In this document: in pieces, positions 11,208-24,698 of the stretch | Layout of the letters: each line of letters begins with the position of its first letter | How positions within the stretch are numbered: position 1 is the stretch's first letter | The notes under the pieces: generated by a model | Database searches by the model: none | The model's input: the letters and a program-made list of their open reading frames with translations, nothing else | Told to the model about the DNA's origin: nothing | Program-made: the position numbers and the translations under genes | Source of the DNA: Octopus sinensis | Taxonomy: Eukaryota | NCBI RefSeq assembly: GCF_006345805.1 | Contig: NC_043002.1 | Coordinates: 8,432,001-8,496,000, forward strand | Length of the DNA stretch: 64,000 nt | Reading direction: 5' to 3'

Positions 11208-12099
11208 CTAGAACAGCAACGGACCATGATAAAACGATGGCAAGAAAAGCCCCTTCATGGACTAAACTAAATGCAAAAGAAATAGAAAAAGAAAAATCCC
11301 AGCAATGGTTGAGAAGCTCAGGACTCAAAGCAGAGACAGAGGGATCTTTAATTGCAGCACAAGATCAAAGCCTCCCCACCAGAAATTATGAAAAATATAT
11401 AATGAAAAGAAATATAAGTAACTGCAGAATATGTGGAAATGGACAAGAAACAATAAATCATATTGTCTCTGGCTGCCCAGTCTTGGCTAAGAAGGAATAT
11501 ATTCACAGACACGACAGAGTTGGGACCTACATACACTGGAAGCTATGCCAACATTATGGAATAACAACAGAAAAAAGATGGTATAGGCACACACCAGAAA
11601 AGGTCATAGAAAACGAGAAAGCAACCATACTCTGGGATATGCCAATACACGCAGATAGAGAAATTAAGGCCAGCAGGCCAGATATAGTTGTCAGAGATCA
11701 TGAAGGAAAAAAATGCTTTCTAATTGATGTATCAATACCAGCAGATGACAATGTGTCTCTAAAAGAAACAGAGAAACTTTCAAAATACAAAGATCTGGAA
11801 ATAGAGGTAATTCGAATGTGGAATCTAAAAATAGAAACAATCCCTATCATAGTAGGCGCATTAAGTATGATAAAAAAATATTCAGACAAATACATAACAA
11901 AAACACCAGGACTTACAAACACATATAACATACAGAAAATTGCATTACTGGGCACTGCACACATCCTACGCAGATCACTTTCAATACAGTAACCATCAGA
12001 GCATCACAACAAATCACAGCACATACCCAAGGCACACAGAGCTGCGCTCGGTAGTGAAGTGAAAGCACGCTATAAAAATAAAACTACTGAATAATAATA
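11208..12099 (+). mobile_element. 5'-truncated R4/Dong-clade non-LTR retrotransposon (CCHC knuckle + restriction-like endonuclease)
   Basis: CRIC..QETINHIVSGC knuckle, RHD, RPDIVV...IDVS...EKLSKY (PD-D/ExK); WQEKPLHG in a shifted frame at 11238; stop 11990-11992, short 3' UTR, (TAA)n on both sides. Confidence 0.9.
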
Positions 12100-12930
12100 A
12101 CGATGATAATAAATTTTTCTAATAAAAGCATAAGGCCCAGAAATTTCAGAAGACTAGGGTTAGTTGATTAAGTTGAACCAGTACTTCACTGGTACTTTAT
12201 TTTATTGAAACCGGGAAGGATGAAAGGCAGAACAAATACTGCAAAGCATTTTATTTGAAATTCTAATGATTCTGCCATCAAGACCTTCTGTTTCTTCAAA
12301 ATGTTTCATCAGACACATCATAGCATTGAAACTAAAGTTATTACAAAGACTATGTTTCTTCTTTTAGACATGTTAAATACTATTATAAGACAAAGATTCT
12401 CTAAACTTCTTAACTACACAGCCTTACCATCACTTAGTGAGGCATTCATGATTTTTAGGTTTATTTTTAGGTTTATTAAACCTGCAGGTAAAAAAAGTAA
12501 AAGAGTTTCAGCAGGATGTAGAATATTAAAATTAAATACTATTGAAAGATATTTTTTTAATCCCTTTTGAAACACATCCATTTCAGACTGTCACTTATTC
12601 TATAATATAACATCCTTTTTCAAAATATTCATATTCAAATTCACATTAAAACTTTCCATCACAATTTGATATGACTGGCTGAAACCTTTGAAGGCAGTGT
12701 ACCCCAATATGACTAAAATTCACTAAATTCACAAATAAAAGAAAAAAATACAGCACAGATATTAATAATATGCCTAAGATTATGATTGGTTGATAGATAG
12801 TAATCATTGTAGTTAAATGAGTGTATTTGCACATATACACAGATACAAGCTTGTACATCAGCAAAGGCAAAGGAAACGCAAGCATTTCCCTCTGAAGAGA
12901 CAAAAGATTTTGTGTAAAGTTGTTCTTTAA

Positions 12931-13151
12931 CCCTTTCATTATCAACCTGGCTGAAACCGGCTCTGGCTCTGTACTACAAAGGTCTTGTTTTCATAAATTT
13001 TATCTTAAAATCTTCCACCAAACCTTAGTCACAATTTATGTTCCTAACACTAGCTTAATGATAACTAAGTTATTTTACTAAATTCTTTGTTATAATCAAA
13101 GTAATTGAAAGAAACACAGAGCATCACAAAATATATACAGTAACGAAAGGG
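12931..13151. mobile_element. piggyBac-type MITE, 221 bp
   Basis: TTAA|CCCTTTCATTA ... TAACGAAAGGG|TTAA; inverted second copy at 59679-59899. Confidence 0.85.
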
Positions 13152-13866
13152 TTAAGATGGTTATTTGAATTAACAAGCGAAATTCTTAATTTTACTCAAC
13201 ACTTTATATATTCAGAACTAAACCTTTTGTCAAATAAAACGTTTAGCATACACACACACATACATACATGCATAAATGTATACATTATATGAAATGATGT
13301 ATACATATAGAAACAAAAGTGTGTGTGTGTGTGCATATACATAAGCACATACACGCACGTGTGTGCGCATGTGCATGCGCACACAAGTACAGAAGAAAGA
13401 ACAATAAGCTTTGAGGTTTAAAGAACAAATATTTTGCTGAAGATAATGTTGGAGAGAGGTTATAAAGATTTGAGTAATTTTTTTTTGAATTTATTTTTGT
13501 CTTGCATTTCAGCTTTGCAAGCAAAATGTAAATAACTTGGCCTTTACAAGCTGGAAGCTGATTTTGAGATCACTTCAAGAAAAGAGAAAAAGAGAAAGCA
13601 AGTGTTTATGTTCTGGCAAATGAAATGGTTCTTAGAGTTTGTTGTTCAGTTCTTAAATTAAATGATTACAATGTTAGTAGAAGGCAACTTGGAACAAAAC
13701 AAATCTTGCTGAACAATATTATTTGTTCAACCACTTATTCTGTTATTTCTGACATAGTAAATCTTGTACATAACATTTACACCATATACAAATAAATAAA
13801 TAAGTAAATATAACATAAACATAAAAATATAAATAAAACCCTTCCATACAGTATTTTTTTTTTTTT

Positions 13867-14405
13867 TACTGCCCACAAGGGGCTAAACATGGAGGGGACA
13901 AACAAGAACAGACAAAGGGATTAAGTCGATTACATTGACCCCAGTGTGTAACTGGTACTTATTTAATCGACCCCGAAAGGATGAAAGGCAAAGTCGACCT
14001 CGGCGGAATTTGAACTCAGAATGTAAAGACAGACAAAATACCTATTTCTTTACTACCCACAAGGGGCTAAACACAGAGGGGACAAACAAAGACAGACAAA
14101 GGGATTTAGTCGATTATATCGACTCCAGTGCATAACTGGTACTTATTTAATCGACCCCCGAAAGGATGAAAGGCAAAGTCGACCTCTGCAGAATTTGAAC
14201 TCAGAATGTAAAGAGATGAAATATCTATTTCTTTACTACCCACAGGGGGCTAAACATAGAGGGGACAAACAAGGACAGACAAAAGGATTTAGTCGATTAC
14301 ATCGACCCAAGTGTGTTACTGGTACTTATTTAATCGACCCTGAAAGGATGAAAGGCAAAGTTGACCTCGGCGGAATTTGAACTCAGAACGTAGCGGCAGA
14401 CGAAA
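13867..14405 (-). mobile_element. SINE family B head-to-tail trimer (~183-bp units)
   Basis: Three tandem units, junctions near 14043 and 14226. Confidence 0.85.
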
Positions 14406-16839
14406 AACTGGTATAATTTAATAACCAAAGTCATTTAGAATTTCAAAAATATCATTATGAAATTTAGAAACAGGGAGAATTTAACATTTCAAAGTCTATG
14501 TATATACTTAAATAGATTTACACACAGAAACCAAATATACATACACATGTGCGGATACATAGGTGCACAAACATATATATACACCTTAAAAAGTGACAAT
14601 GTTAAATGTCTTTATATAAACAGAAGGCAATGTAGTTATGTTAGAAGTCAGATTTAGAGTTGGAGTCTTTGTGTTGTCTAATTTATCGATTCCTGTTCTT
14701 GGTGTTTAGCACTTGGTTATCCCAGATTGAAAATATTTAGGATCAAAGGTATTTTTGCCATGAACATCCTGTCTTTTCTGTAGATCAAAAACTATACCGT
14801 TCAATATCTCCCTTTTTTGTTTTGTCTAAAACAGAAGTATAAACTGAAGGAGAGTTGGCTGGTATTTCTAGCAGATCAAATGACCATGTAGAGTGGATTC
14901 CCTTGTCTGATTGTTGTTTTTTATGAAGTTGAAAACTAAGAAGAAATAACATCAGCATTTAAAGTAAGGACAAGTACAACATCATTGACAATAATATCAG
15001 TCAACAACATTTCCAATAATTATGACAAGAAAAAAATGACAACAAAAATCAAAGTTAAAAAACAACAATGCTACTACCACTACCATTAACAGCAATAACA
15101 AGAAGGTTAAGTGGTTGTCTGACCTGTTAGAAATAGCAGTTAAATTCCCTTTTGTCATAGTCTAGTTAATAACTTTAAAATGAAGGACACATTAGATATA
15201 TAAAATATAGGAATGCCTTTGATCATGGGTTTGCTCAAACAGGATTTGATCTGGGGATAAACCACCATCTCCACCACCACCATCACTACTATTCAAAGTA
15301 TACCATATTCCAGTGAAAGTTATCTACTTTGATCTAGTCTGTTATCTATTAAGTATCACTGGATATTAACAGTAGAAACAAAAAAACAGAAAAGCCTTCA
15401 AAATCTGCCCTAGACGATGTTATTGTATGTTTTGTGTATGTATATATGTATACGTATGAATGTATATATGAATTTACACATGTCTGAGGTGTGCTTATAG
15501 TTGTGCCTAAAATGTCCTTAACTTCCTGACATGCAAAGTAGCATTATAAAAACTATATTTATTCTAACAGTGAAAGTAACGGTTCCAATCTTACCATGAA
15601 ATTCTGCTCAGGTGAGATGATGATGATGATGATACTAATAATAAAACGGAATAATAAGTGAGGAAACTTCTTGGAAACAGGCAGAAGAACCAGGGACTGA
15701 TGACACAATAAAGTGACAAAGGGCTAGCCAAAACTCTATGCACCCCTGCCTCATACACATCCTATATACATCCTCTTTCTCCCCCAGACGACCTCCTCTG
15801 CTATATTGTTTCACTATGTCTTTAAAATAAGGGATAAGGCAGGTGGTTGTTGTGATGGTTGTGGTGGTGATGTTGGTGGTAGTAGATTGTTGTTACATCA
15901 GCATCACAGTAGGAGGAGAAAGAGAAAATGTAGGGGAATGGGAAGAAGAGGAAGAGAGAGAGAGAGAGAGAGGAAGGTAAAGGTGTCTGAGGAGAGGAAG
16001 GAGTGTAGAGTTAGATAACTTAGAGCAAAGATTGTTTTCTTTTTCTTTTTTTTTTTAATATTATTTTATTTTATTTCTAGACAAAGCTAGTTTTTTTCTG
16101 TATTTGGTTGTCCCAACAATACATCCTTGAAGAACAATAAAAGCAGCACCGGCAGCAGGAGAAGCAGCAAGCATGGCAAGGCAGCAGCAGCCTGGTTGAC
16201 AATGAACTCAGATTGTCAAAAGAACTCAGGACATCCAAGATGGGAAAATATGATCCCGTATTTTTTTCCTTTTTTGCTTATTTTGTTTCTTGTTCTCTTG
16301 TGTCTAGTCTTCTACTCCTGCTCTTGCCGCTCCGACTCCCATCTTAATCAGCTCTACTCACTAGTCTTAGATTACAGATTGACTGGAGCCTGGTGCAGCC
16401 TCCTGGCTTCTCAGATCCCCCGGTCGACCCATCCAATCCATGCTAGCATGGAGAACAGACGTTAAATGATGATGATGATGTAGCTAGGACATCTTGAACA
16501 ACACCAACAGCAATAGAACAGACATGCTCTGAGACAATAACTGACAAGGACCTATGTTGAAGTTGAACTAAAATAAATGGTTTGTTAATTTGTCTCAGCC
16601 ATTGGACTGTGGCCACGCTGGGGCAGCACCTTGATAGGTTTAGTCAAATAAATCAACCCCAGGACTTAATATTTTGTTAGTCTGGTACTTATGCTGTTGG
16701 TCTCTTTTGCTGAACAACTATGTTACAGGGATGTAAACAAACCAATACTGGCTGTGAAGCAGGGTGTGTGTGTGTGAGACAAGCATAAAAAATACAAACA
16801 CATATGCATACATAAACACACACAAACAAACACACACAC

Positions 16840-16900
<61 letters not shown>

Positions 16901-16914
16901 TGTAAGAAGCCGAG

Positions 16915-17740
16915 CCTCACCACATCAAACCTGCACACATGGGGCATAGCAGAGACACCAGCATGTGCATTGTGTTCTAAGCGAGGAACCCTGGAACACA
17001 TCCTCAGATGCTGCATGGGGGCACTTGGAGAAGGATGGTACCACTGGAGGCATGACTAAGTCCTTAAGAACATTGCTGAAGGCATCAATGCAGGACTTAA
17101 AAGGGTGAAGTGGTTCCGGCCCTCCAAGAAAACCATCGCCTTTGTCAGAGTTGGGGAACAGTCAAACCCTGCCAGAAAAACATCAGCAGGCATCCTAACA
17201 TCTGCAAGAGACTGGCGGCTGCTGGTGGATCTTGAGCATCAGCTGAAGTTCCCTGGCCACATTGCGGTCACCACCCTGTGACGAGACATTGTCCTCGAGT
17301 CTGAGTCCACCAAGCAAGTGGTGCTGCTAGAGCTGACTGGGAAGATCACCTGGAAGAGGCTTTTGAGAGAAAGCTCTCCAAGTACATGGGTTTGGTCAGT
17401 GACAGCCAGTGGGATGGTTGGAGAGCGAGGTGTCTCCCAGTAGAGATAGGATGCAGGGGTTTTGCAGCCCATTCCCTGACCAGAGCCTTCAGCAGTCTGT
17501 GCATCGAGGGAGTGAGAAGGAGGAAGGCCATCTGCAGTACCACCTATGCAGTAGAGAGGGCCTCAAGTTGGCTGTGGATCAAAAGATGAGAGCCATGGGG
17601 TAGCTAGCGGGCCATCTGGACACAAGCTGTGGTCTGATCAGGCCCAGCTGGGTCACCTGGAGGAGGGTGTATGATGTTGAAAGACCCGAAACATCTGATG
17701 ATACCAGGCACATCACTGAAGACGTGTCCAGGTGCATCAA
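16915..17740 (+). mobile_element. Decayed 3' part of HERO-like RLE non-LTR retrotransposon
   Basis: SNLHTWG..TPACALCSKRGTLEHILRCC..GEGWYHWRHD*V...DIVLES..KQVVLLELT..WED.LEEAFERKLSKY..PVEIGCRGF..ERASSWLWIKR; internal stops and a small deletion. Confidence 0.8.
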
Positions 17741-18829
17741 TCATTGACGTGTGTACACAAAAATATGATAGGTTTCCACACACTTGGCGAATTTGATCAG
17801 ATGCCTGGGGTTGGAGGTAATGATGTCTGTATATAAATCTCTCCGAAACCCTAAAGGGCTTTCAAGGCTGATGTATATAGCTATGATTTTGTCCTTGAAT
17901 GTGTGAGAGAGAGATCTTTCTTCACCCTGTTGTATCACAAGTACATTTGACATGAGAACTTTATGAGTGTAGTACAATTAATAAATGAGAGAGCAAGCTA
18001 AAACAGAAATAAAATTAGAGGACAAGAGAGAAAAAGAAAGGGGGAGAGAGAGACACAGACTTTAATGTTCTTTTGATGGTGTTTGTTAAGGAAAACAAGA
18101 AAACAAACATATTGGGGGAAAGTGGATAGTCAACCCAGATCTCAATTTGCTTACAGACAATGGATATGTTAAATATTTCACTAATTATAAATAGAAATGT
18201 AAGTAGGAAAAAAACAAAACAAAAAACAAAGCAACAACAACAACAGCAGGAATAATAAAGTAGAATCTGTGTATTTTAGTTGAAGGGTTAGTAGGTAGTA
18301 GTAGTAGTAGTAGAAGTAGTTGTTGTCATTCTGAAAGAGAGATTGTTCAAGGTAAATAATGCTTTCATGATGAGTTTAGCCTAAATTTAAAATAAGATGT
18401 TTGAAGTCTGTTAAGAAGTAGAATTACTTAATATAAACAACACTCACACACACGAACTCAAGTACTCCTTTTCGCCAGTAATTGGTTTAACAACATGCCA
18501 AGACTCAAGGACTGCTTATGGGTGGTCTGGTCTTTCAAGCAATGATCTTAACATTTTTCTGTTATTTGGACAACATCAACTGCTGCTGCTGCTGCCACGA
18601 CCATCACCACACAAATCAGCAAAGGAACTTCTGCAAGGCTGCTAAACGAAAAAGCTAAATCTTCCTCAAATCATCCCTTACAACCTTAACCCTTTTGTTA
18701 GCCTATTTCTGTTTTCTTTCAGTTAATTTTGAAAATAATCAAAAATTTAGCAAAATAACATTATTATTAAACCAGTATTTGGAATATAATTTAACATGAT
18801 ATTTTGATACATGGTTTTAATTTAGCCAC

Positions 18830-19133
18830 GGAGGCACATGGCCTAGTGGTTAGAGCAGTGGACTCGCGGTCGAGGGATCGCAGGTTTGAATCTCAGACTG
18901 GGCGATGTGTGTGTATGAGCAAAACACCTAAGCTCCACGCGGCTCCGGCAGAAGGTAACGGCGAACTTCTGCTGACTCTTTCGCCACAACTTTCTCTCAG
19001 TCTTTCCTCCTGCATCTTGCAGCTCACCTGTGTCGGACCGGCGTCCCGTCCAGGTGGGGAACCTATACGCCAAGGAAACCGGGAAACTGGCCCATATGAG
19101 CCAGGCGTGGCTTGAGAAGGAACAAACAAAACA
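18830..19133 (+). mobile_element. tRNA-derived SINE family D, tail type 1
   Basis: GGAGGCACATGGCCTAGTGGTTAGAGCAG..GGTTTGAATC head, AAC-rich tail; second copy 29517-29822. Confidence 0.85.
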
Positions 19134-19515
19134 ATTTAGCCGTGAATCAGAAGTTTGTGCAGAAGAAAGTAACATAAGAAGATCCTGGGTCATCCTTAAA
19201 CGGAACAGCTGATCCAAATGCTTACTATAGAATGAATGACTATCTGAAAGGTAACCAAGGACCAGGTAATGATGCTAAACCAGGTGAAAAACTGAGTTTG
19301 CTTCAATGTATGAAACACACACACACATACACATGCATGTGCACACGTGCTCATGTGCACATGCATGCATGTACGTGCTCACATAAACATGTACACATGC
19401 ACACACTATTGTAATGTGTACATGTCTACTCTTTGTACAGCATTTTGCATTTTGTAAACCTTTACAATGACTCAGGAACTGATAAACTTGTGTGTAGCAG
19501 GATGTATGTGCATGT

Positions 19516-19557
<42 letters not shown>

Positions 19558-19756
19558 TGAGAGAGAGAGAGTGTGTCTGTATGTGTGAGCCAGAGGGAGT
19601 ATGTGTGTACATGGACATACTTCTACGATTTAAGCAACATGTAATTCACATATTATGAAGGAAAAATAAAGGTGAAGCAACACGAGAAATGGTAATGTAT
19701 TATCATTAAAAATATTTAACCATATGTATAACTATATAAATGCCTACATACATACA

Positions 19757-19792
<36 letters not shown>

Positions 19793-21400
19793 TACACACA
19801 CACACATATATATATAAAATATAAATTAGAGAAAAACCAATATTATGCAACTCAAACAGTGATAGACATAAACCAATACATAAATAACAATATATATATT
19901 AGTAATATATATATATTAGTGTGTGTGTGTGTATATATATATACACACACACATACATTGCATTATATACATAGAGAAAGAGAGAGAGAGGGAGGAAGGA
20001 AGGAAATGAAAAATTTCCAGTGCTTTTACTCTAATTAAGAATTTAATCTGCTTACACTTAATGTAGGATGTGTTCTGTTTATTGACTTGCTTCTTGGCAC
20101 TGATGAGGATTTGGAAAAAGAAAAGGAGAAATCAAGAATTGCCAATTAATGGCTTACAACTCAGTTTATTGTTGAATGAGTCTTTCTATAAAAGGTCCAT
20201 TAAAGAACATTGATATTGTTATAGCCAGCATCCTCCTGCAAGTTTTGAAACTAAATAAGCTATCCATTTACAGACAAATTCTTTACACTGCTGTCTCAAC
20301 AATTTACTTTAACTGCTTTAAATGTTTATAGGTGGAATGCCTATGATGATAGAATTGCTCAATCGAAGTTCACTTTGGTCTAAACATCATCATCATCGTT
20401 TAACGTCTGTTTTCCATGCTAGTATGGGTTGGATGGTTCAACCGGGGTCTGAGAAGCCAGAAGGTTGCACCAGGCTCTAGTCTAATCTGGCATTGTTTCT
20501 ACAGCTGGATGCCCTTCCTAACACCAACCACTCTGTGAGTGTAGTGGGTGCTTTTTATGTGCCACCGGCACAGGTGCCAGGTGAGGCTGGCAATGGCCAC
20601 GATTGGTTGGTGCTTTTTACAGGCGCCAGGCGAGGCTGGCAACAGCCACAATCAGTTGGTGCTTTTTACGTGCCACCAGTACGGAAGCCAGTCAAGGCGG
20701 CGCTGGCATTGACCAACAGCTTTAAATATGAACTCACAAGACAATCTTTGCATGGTTGCTTGATCTACCAATAATAGCAACCAAATATTCATCAGATCAT
20801 ACCCAACCTTCTTAAAAAGGGAAGAACACACTGGCAAGCAGATTCCTACATACATCATGTCTGAAAATATGATGGGATGGTCATGGGTGGAACAGCTTTG
20901 ATTATAGTCCTAAATAATAAGCTGAGTGAGCTTCTACATGGTTTTTTGATCTGTTAGAAGTAGTAAAATCTCCCTCATATCACACATTACAAAATAAAGG
21001 ATACATTAGGTAATGTAGTCCTATATGGAGTGTAGGGCTTTACCCAAATTATATTAAAGTTATGTTCACTTCTGTTTTTAATAATTTTAATTCTTCCTTT
21101 GAGGAGGCTGGTTTCTAATAAAGATACAGAGCTCCCTTATTGGAATGTGAAGAAATACCTTCATTTTATATCTCTCTATATTTCCTCCTTTTTCTTCATC
21201 AGAGTTAAAAATAATTTAATTTAATGTAATAAACCCTTACAACTTTGTACTGAGACACAAAGAGTTCCGTTCCATCATTGAAAGTAAAATTAAAAGAAAG
21301 GAAAATTTAGTTGTGTTAATGAATATATTTCTATTCCTATTACTAGAAAAGGAAAAAAAGAAGGGAATACTGACAAGTTGATTCTTTCCCTTACCATATA

Positions 21401-21809
21401 TATTTCTTTACTACCCACAAGGGGGCTAAACACAGAGGGGACAAACAAGGACAGACAAACGGATTAAGTCGACCCCAGTGCGTAACTGGTACTTAATTTA
21501 TCGACCCTGAAAGGATGAAAGGCAAAGTCAACCTCGGTGGAATTTGAACTCAGAACGTAAAGACGGACGAAATACCTATTTCTTTACTACCCACAAGGGG
21601 CTAAACGCAGAGAGGACAAACAAGGGCAGACAAACAGATTAAGTCGATTACATCGACTCCAGTACGTAACTGGTACTTAATTTATCGACCCTGAAAGGAT
21701 GAAAGGCAAAGTTGACCTCGGTGGAATTTGAACTCAGAACAAAACGGCAGACGAAGTACCGCAAAGCATTTCGCCCGGCATGCTAACGTTTCTGCCAGCT
21801 CGCCGCCTT
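21401..21809 (-). mobile_element. SINE family B dimer with TSD
   Basis: Two units; TSD CTTTYCCTTACCATATA at 21384-21400 and 21810-21826. Confidence 0.88.
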
Positions 21810-23033
21810 CTTTTCCTTACCATATAATAAACCAACCAATCAGCTGAAAGATTGTGTGTGTGTGTGTGTATGCATGTGTATGTATGACTAATGTATAATT
21901 ATGATTTGTATAAATATCCATATAACTTTTGGTATGCATTAACACACACGTGATGTAAATGTTCAAACGGTATATTTCCTATTTTATAAATTTTATGCCT
22001 ATAGTTCCTCTTCTGGAAAAGATGAGCCTATAGCTTTATGGGAATTCTCTTGAGATTAAAATGGTGCATAAACAGAAATAAATAATGCTTTCTCTGCCTT
22101 TTACACTTATTCTGTTGATGTCCTGTGGTGTGAAAATGGAATCTCAAAAGAAATATTATTTTTTTGAAACAAAACTCTAAAGAAGGGAGACAAAATAAAT
22201 AAATAAATAAATAAAAATAAGCAAATGTAACAGAATAGGGGTTAGACGAGGTGGGGGTTAGGGGAAGTATAAAGCAAAAGTTGACTGATGCATGCATTGT
22301 GATTCTGTGATTATGGACAGTATGACATGCATAAATACATTGGAATGGCTGATGTGAAAGTAATCAATAATCCACCAGAGCTGTTGGTTCATGTATTATT
22401 GATATTACCCTGATGTCTATATCGCATTCGTTCACACATTTGTAAAATTACTGAAGTGCCAAAATGGAGGAGACATCTGAGGAACCATCAGGTCTTGTAC
22501 AGTCACAGATGCCGTATTGCGTCGGTGCCAAGTAATGTGGCTCTCAAATGGCTCACATCACTAAGATGTAAATAAGACCAATCGAAGTCGAAATCAAACT
22601 CGGTGACTGGTATCCGTTGCTAGTGGAGCGCTAAGAGTACCATACGAGTGAGATCGTTGCCAGAGCAACAAGCTGGCCTTCGTGCCAATGGCACGTTAAG
22701 CACACCGTGTCGCCTTACTAGCACTTGTGCTGGTGGCACGTGAAACATTCAAGTGAGGTCGTCACCAGTGCCGCTGGACTCGCTCCTGTGCAGGTGGCAC
22801 CTAAAAAGCACCATTTGGGCGTGGCCGTTGCCAGTACCACCAAACTGGCCCTTGTGCCGGTGGCACATAAAAGCACCCACTACACTCTCGGAGTGGTTGG
22901 CATTAGGAAGGGCACCCAGCTGTAGAAACATTGCCACATCAGATTGGAGCCTGGTGTGGCCTCCTGGCTTGCCAGTCTGCAGTCAAACTGTCCAACCCAT
23001 GCCAGCATGGAAAACAGACATGAAATGATGATG

Positions 23034-23073
<40 letters not shown>

Positions 23074-24243
23074 ATTTATATAGACACAGGAGTGGCTGTG
23101 TGGTAAGAAGCTTGCTTCCCAACCACATGGTTCTGGGTGCAGTCCCACTGCATGGCAGCTTGGGCAAGTGTCTTCTACTACAGCCTTGGGCAGACCAAAG
23201 CCTTGTGAGTGGATTTGGTAGATGGAAACTAAAAGAAGCCTGTTGTGTGTATTCTAGTCTTAACATTGGATGGTACTTGTCAATGAGCCTCATCCTTTCA
23301 TAAGTCTGGTAATAGGGAAATTATACTTTACTTGGAAATAGGTGAGCATTAGAGACCATAGAAAATCTACCTCAATGAATTTCATCTGATCCATACAACC
23401 ATTGAAAATAGATGTTAAAACGATATCTATCTTTCTATCTATACACACATACACACACACATTAATGTATACTCTTACTCTCTCTTTACTCTTTTACTTG
23501 CTTCAGCCATTTGACTGTAGCCATGCTGGAGCACCGCCTTTGCTGGAGCAAATCGACCCCTGGACTTATTCTTTGTAAGCCTAGTACTTATTCTATCGGT
23601 CTCTTTTTGCCGAACCGCTAAGTTACGGGGACATAAACACACCAGCATCGGTTGTCAAGCAATGTTGGGGGGGACAAACACAGATACACAAATATATACA
23701 CACACATACATATATATACATATATACGACAGGTTTCTTTCAGTTTCCGTCTACCAAATCCATTCACAAGGCTCTGGTCGGCCTGAGGCTATAGTAGAAG
23801 ACACTTGCCCAAGGTGCCATGCAGTGGGACTGAACCCGGAACCACGTGGTTTGTAAGCAAGCTACTTACCACACAGCCACTACATATACGTATACTTATA
23901 CATACTTATATATACATATATATATGAAAATTATCCAGTTTATGTAACACATCAATAGTTGCTATAAGGGACAACTATTCAAGAAATCAGGGACAACTGA
24001 TTGTTCTCCAGGGAATTGGGCCAGGGTGAATCATTTGCATTAATGCCACCTTACAGCTCAGAGTATTTTGATATAAATAAAAAGTCAAACATTTTTCTCT
24101 CAATATTCCATTAGCATTTCTTAATCACGGCGGTACATCAGCGAATTTCATTGTCTCCCAATTTATTAATGAGAAATAAGTAACACTTTCATTGATATAT
24201 TGCTCTGCACCTATTCTAATATGTGTATGTGTGTGTGTGTGTG

Positions 24244-24289
<46 letters not shown>

Positions 24290-24376
24290 GGAGTGTGTGA
24301 GTTTCTTCTTAAGGTATATGGGAATATTATTTTTCTATATGATATAATAATAATAATAATCATAGCATGGCATTCA

Positions 24377-24698
24377 TAGCCATGTGTTGAGAGGGATTCT
24401 TTGGGGTTTGAATAATTCCCCTCTGGAAACATGGGTGTTTCGTTCAACATCTTTAAACAACCTTATTCAGGGACCTTTTGAGAGGGATGGGTTACTCGAC
24501 CAGAAGAAAATTCTTACTGGGCCCCACTTGCAAGGTCATGTGCTGTTTATCTTCATACAAGATCACCATGTCATGCACATATGGTTGTGATGCATGTGCC
24601 TGGTGTACCCTTATTAGACGGGTAGTCATGATGGGTATACTGGGCTTTGTATATTTTACCCCAGTGTCACTTTGATGGTATGCACTGCTCTCCCACTC
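24377..24698 (+). mobile_element. Second copy of the element at 1-520
   Basis: Reverse-complement match to 1-290; (TAA)n just upstream. Confidence 0.65.

Noticed and set aside
16127-16465. 112-aa plus-strand ORF with hydrophobic stretch
   Set aside because: Non-ATG start, low-complexity T-rich origin of the hydrophobic segment, and it ends inside a family A repeat
18830-18900. tRNA genes at SINE heads (also 2656, 29517, 48600-48676, 57175)
   Set aside because: A/B boxes present but no complete acceptor stem, and each continues into a repeated SINE body
20094-20145. UUGGCA-CUGAUGA-G-GAUUU...AAAUC-AAGAAU-UGCCAA hammerhead-like motif
   Set aside because: Stems I and II can form but the GAAA box, stem III and NUH site are missing; a similar incomplete motif at 21172-21206(-) lacks stem II
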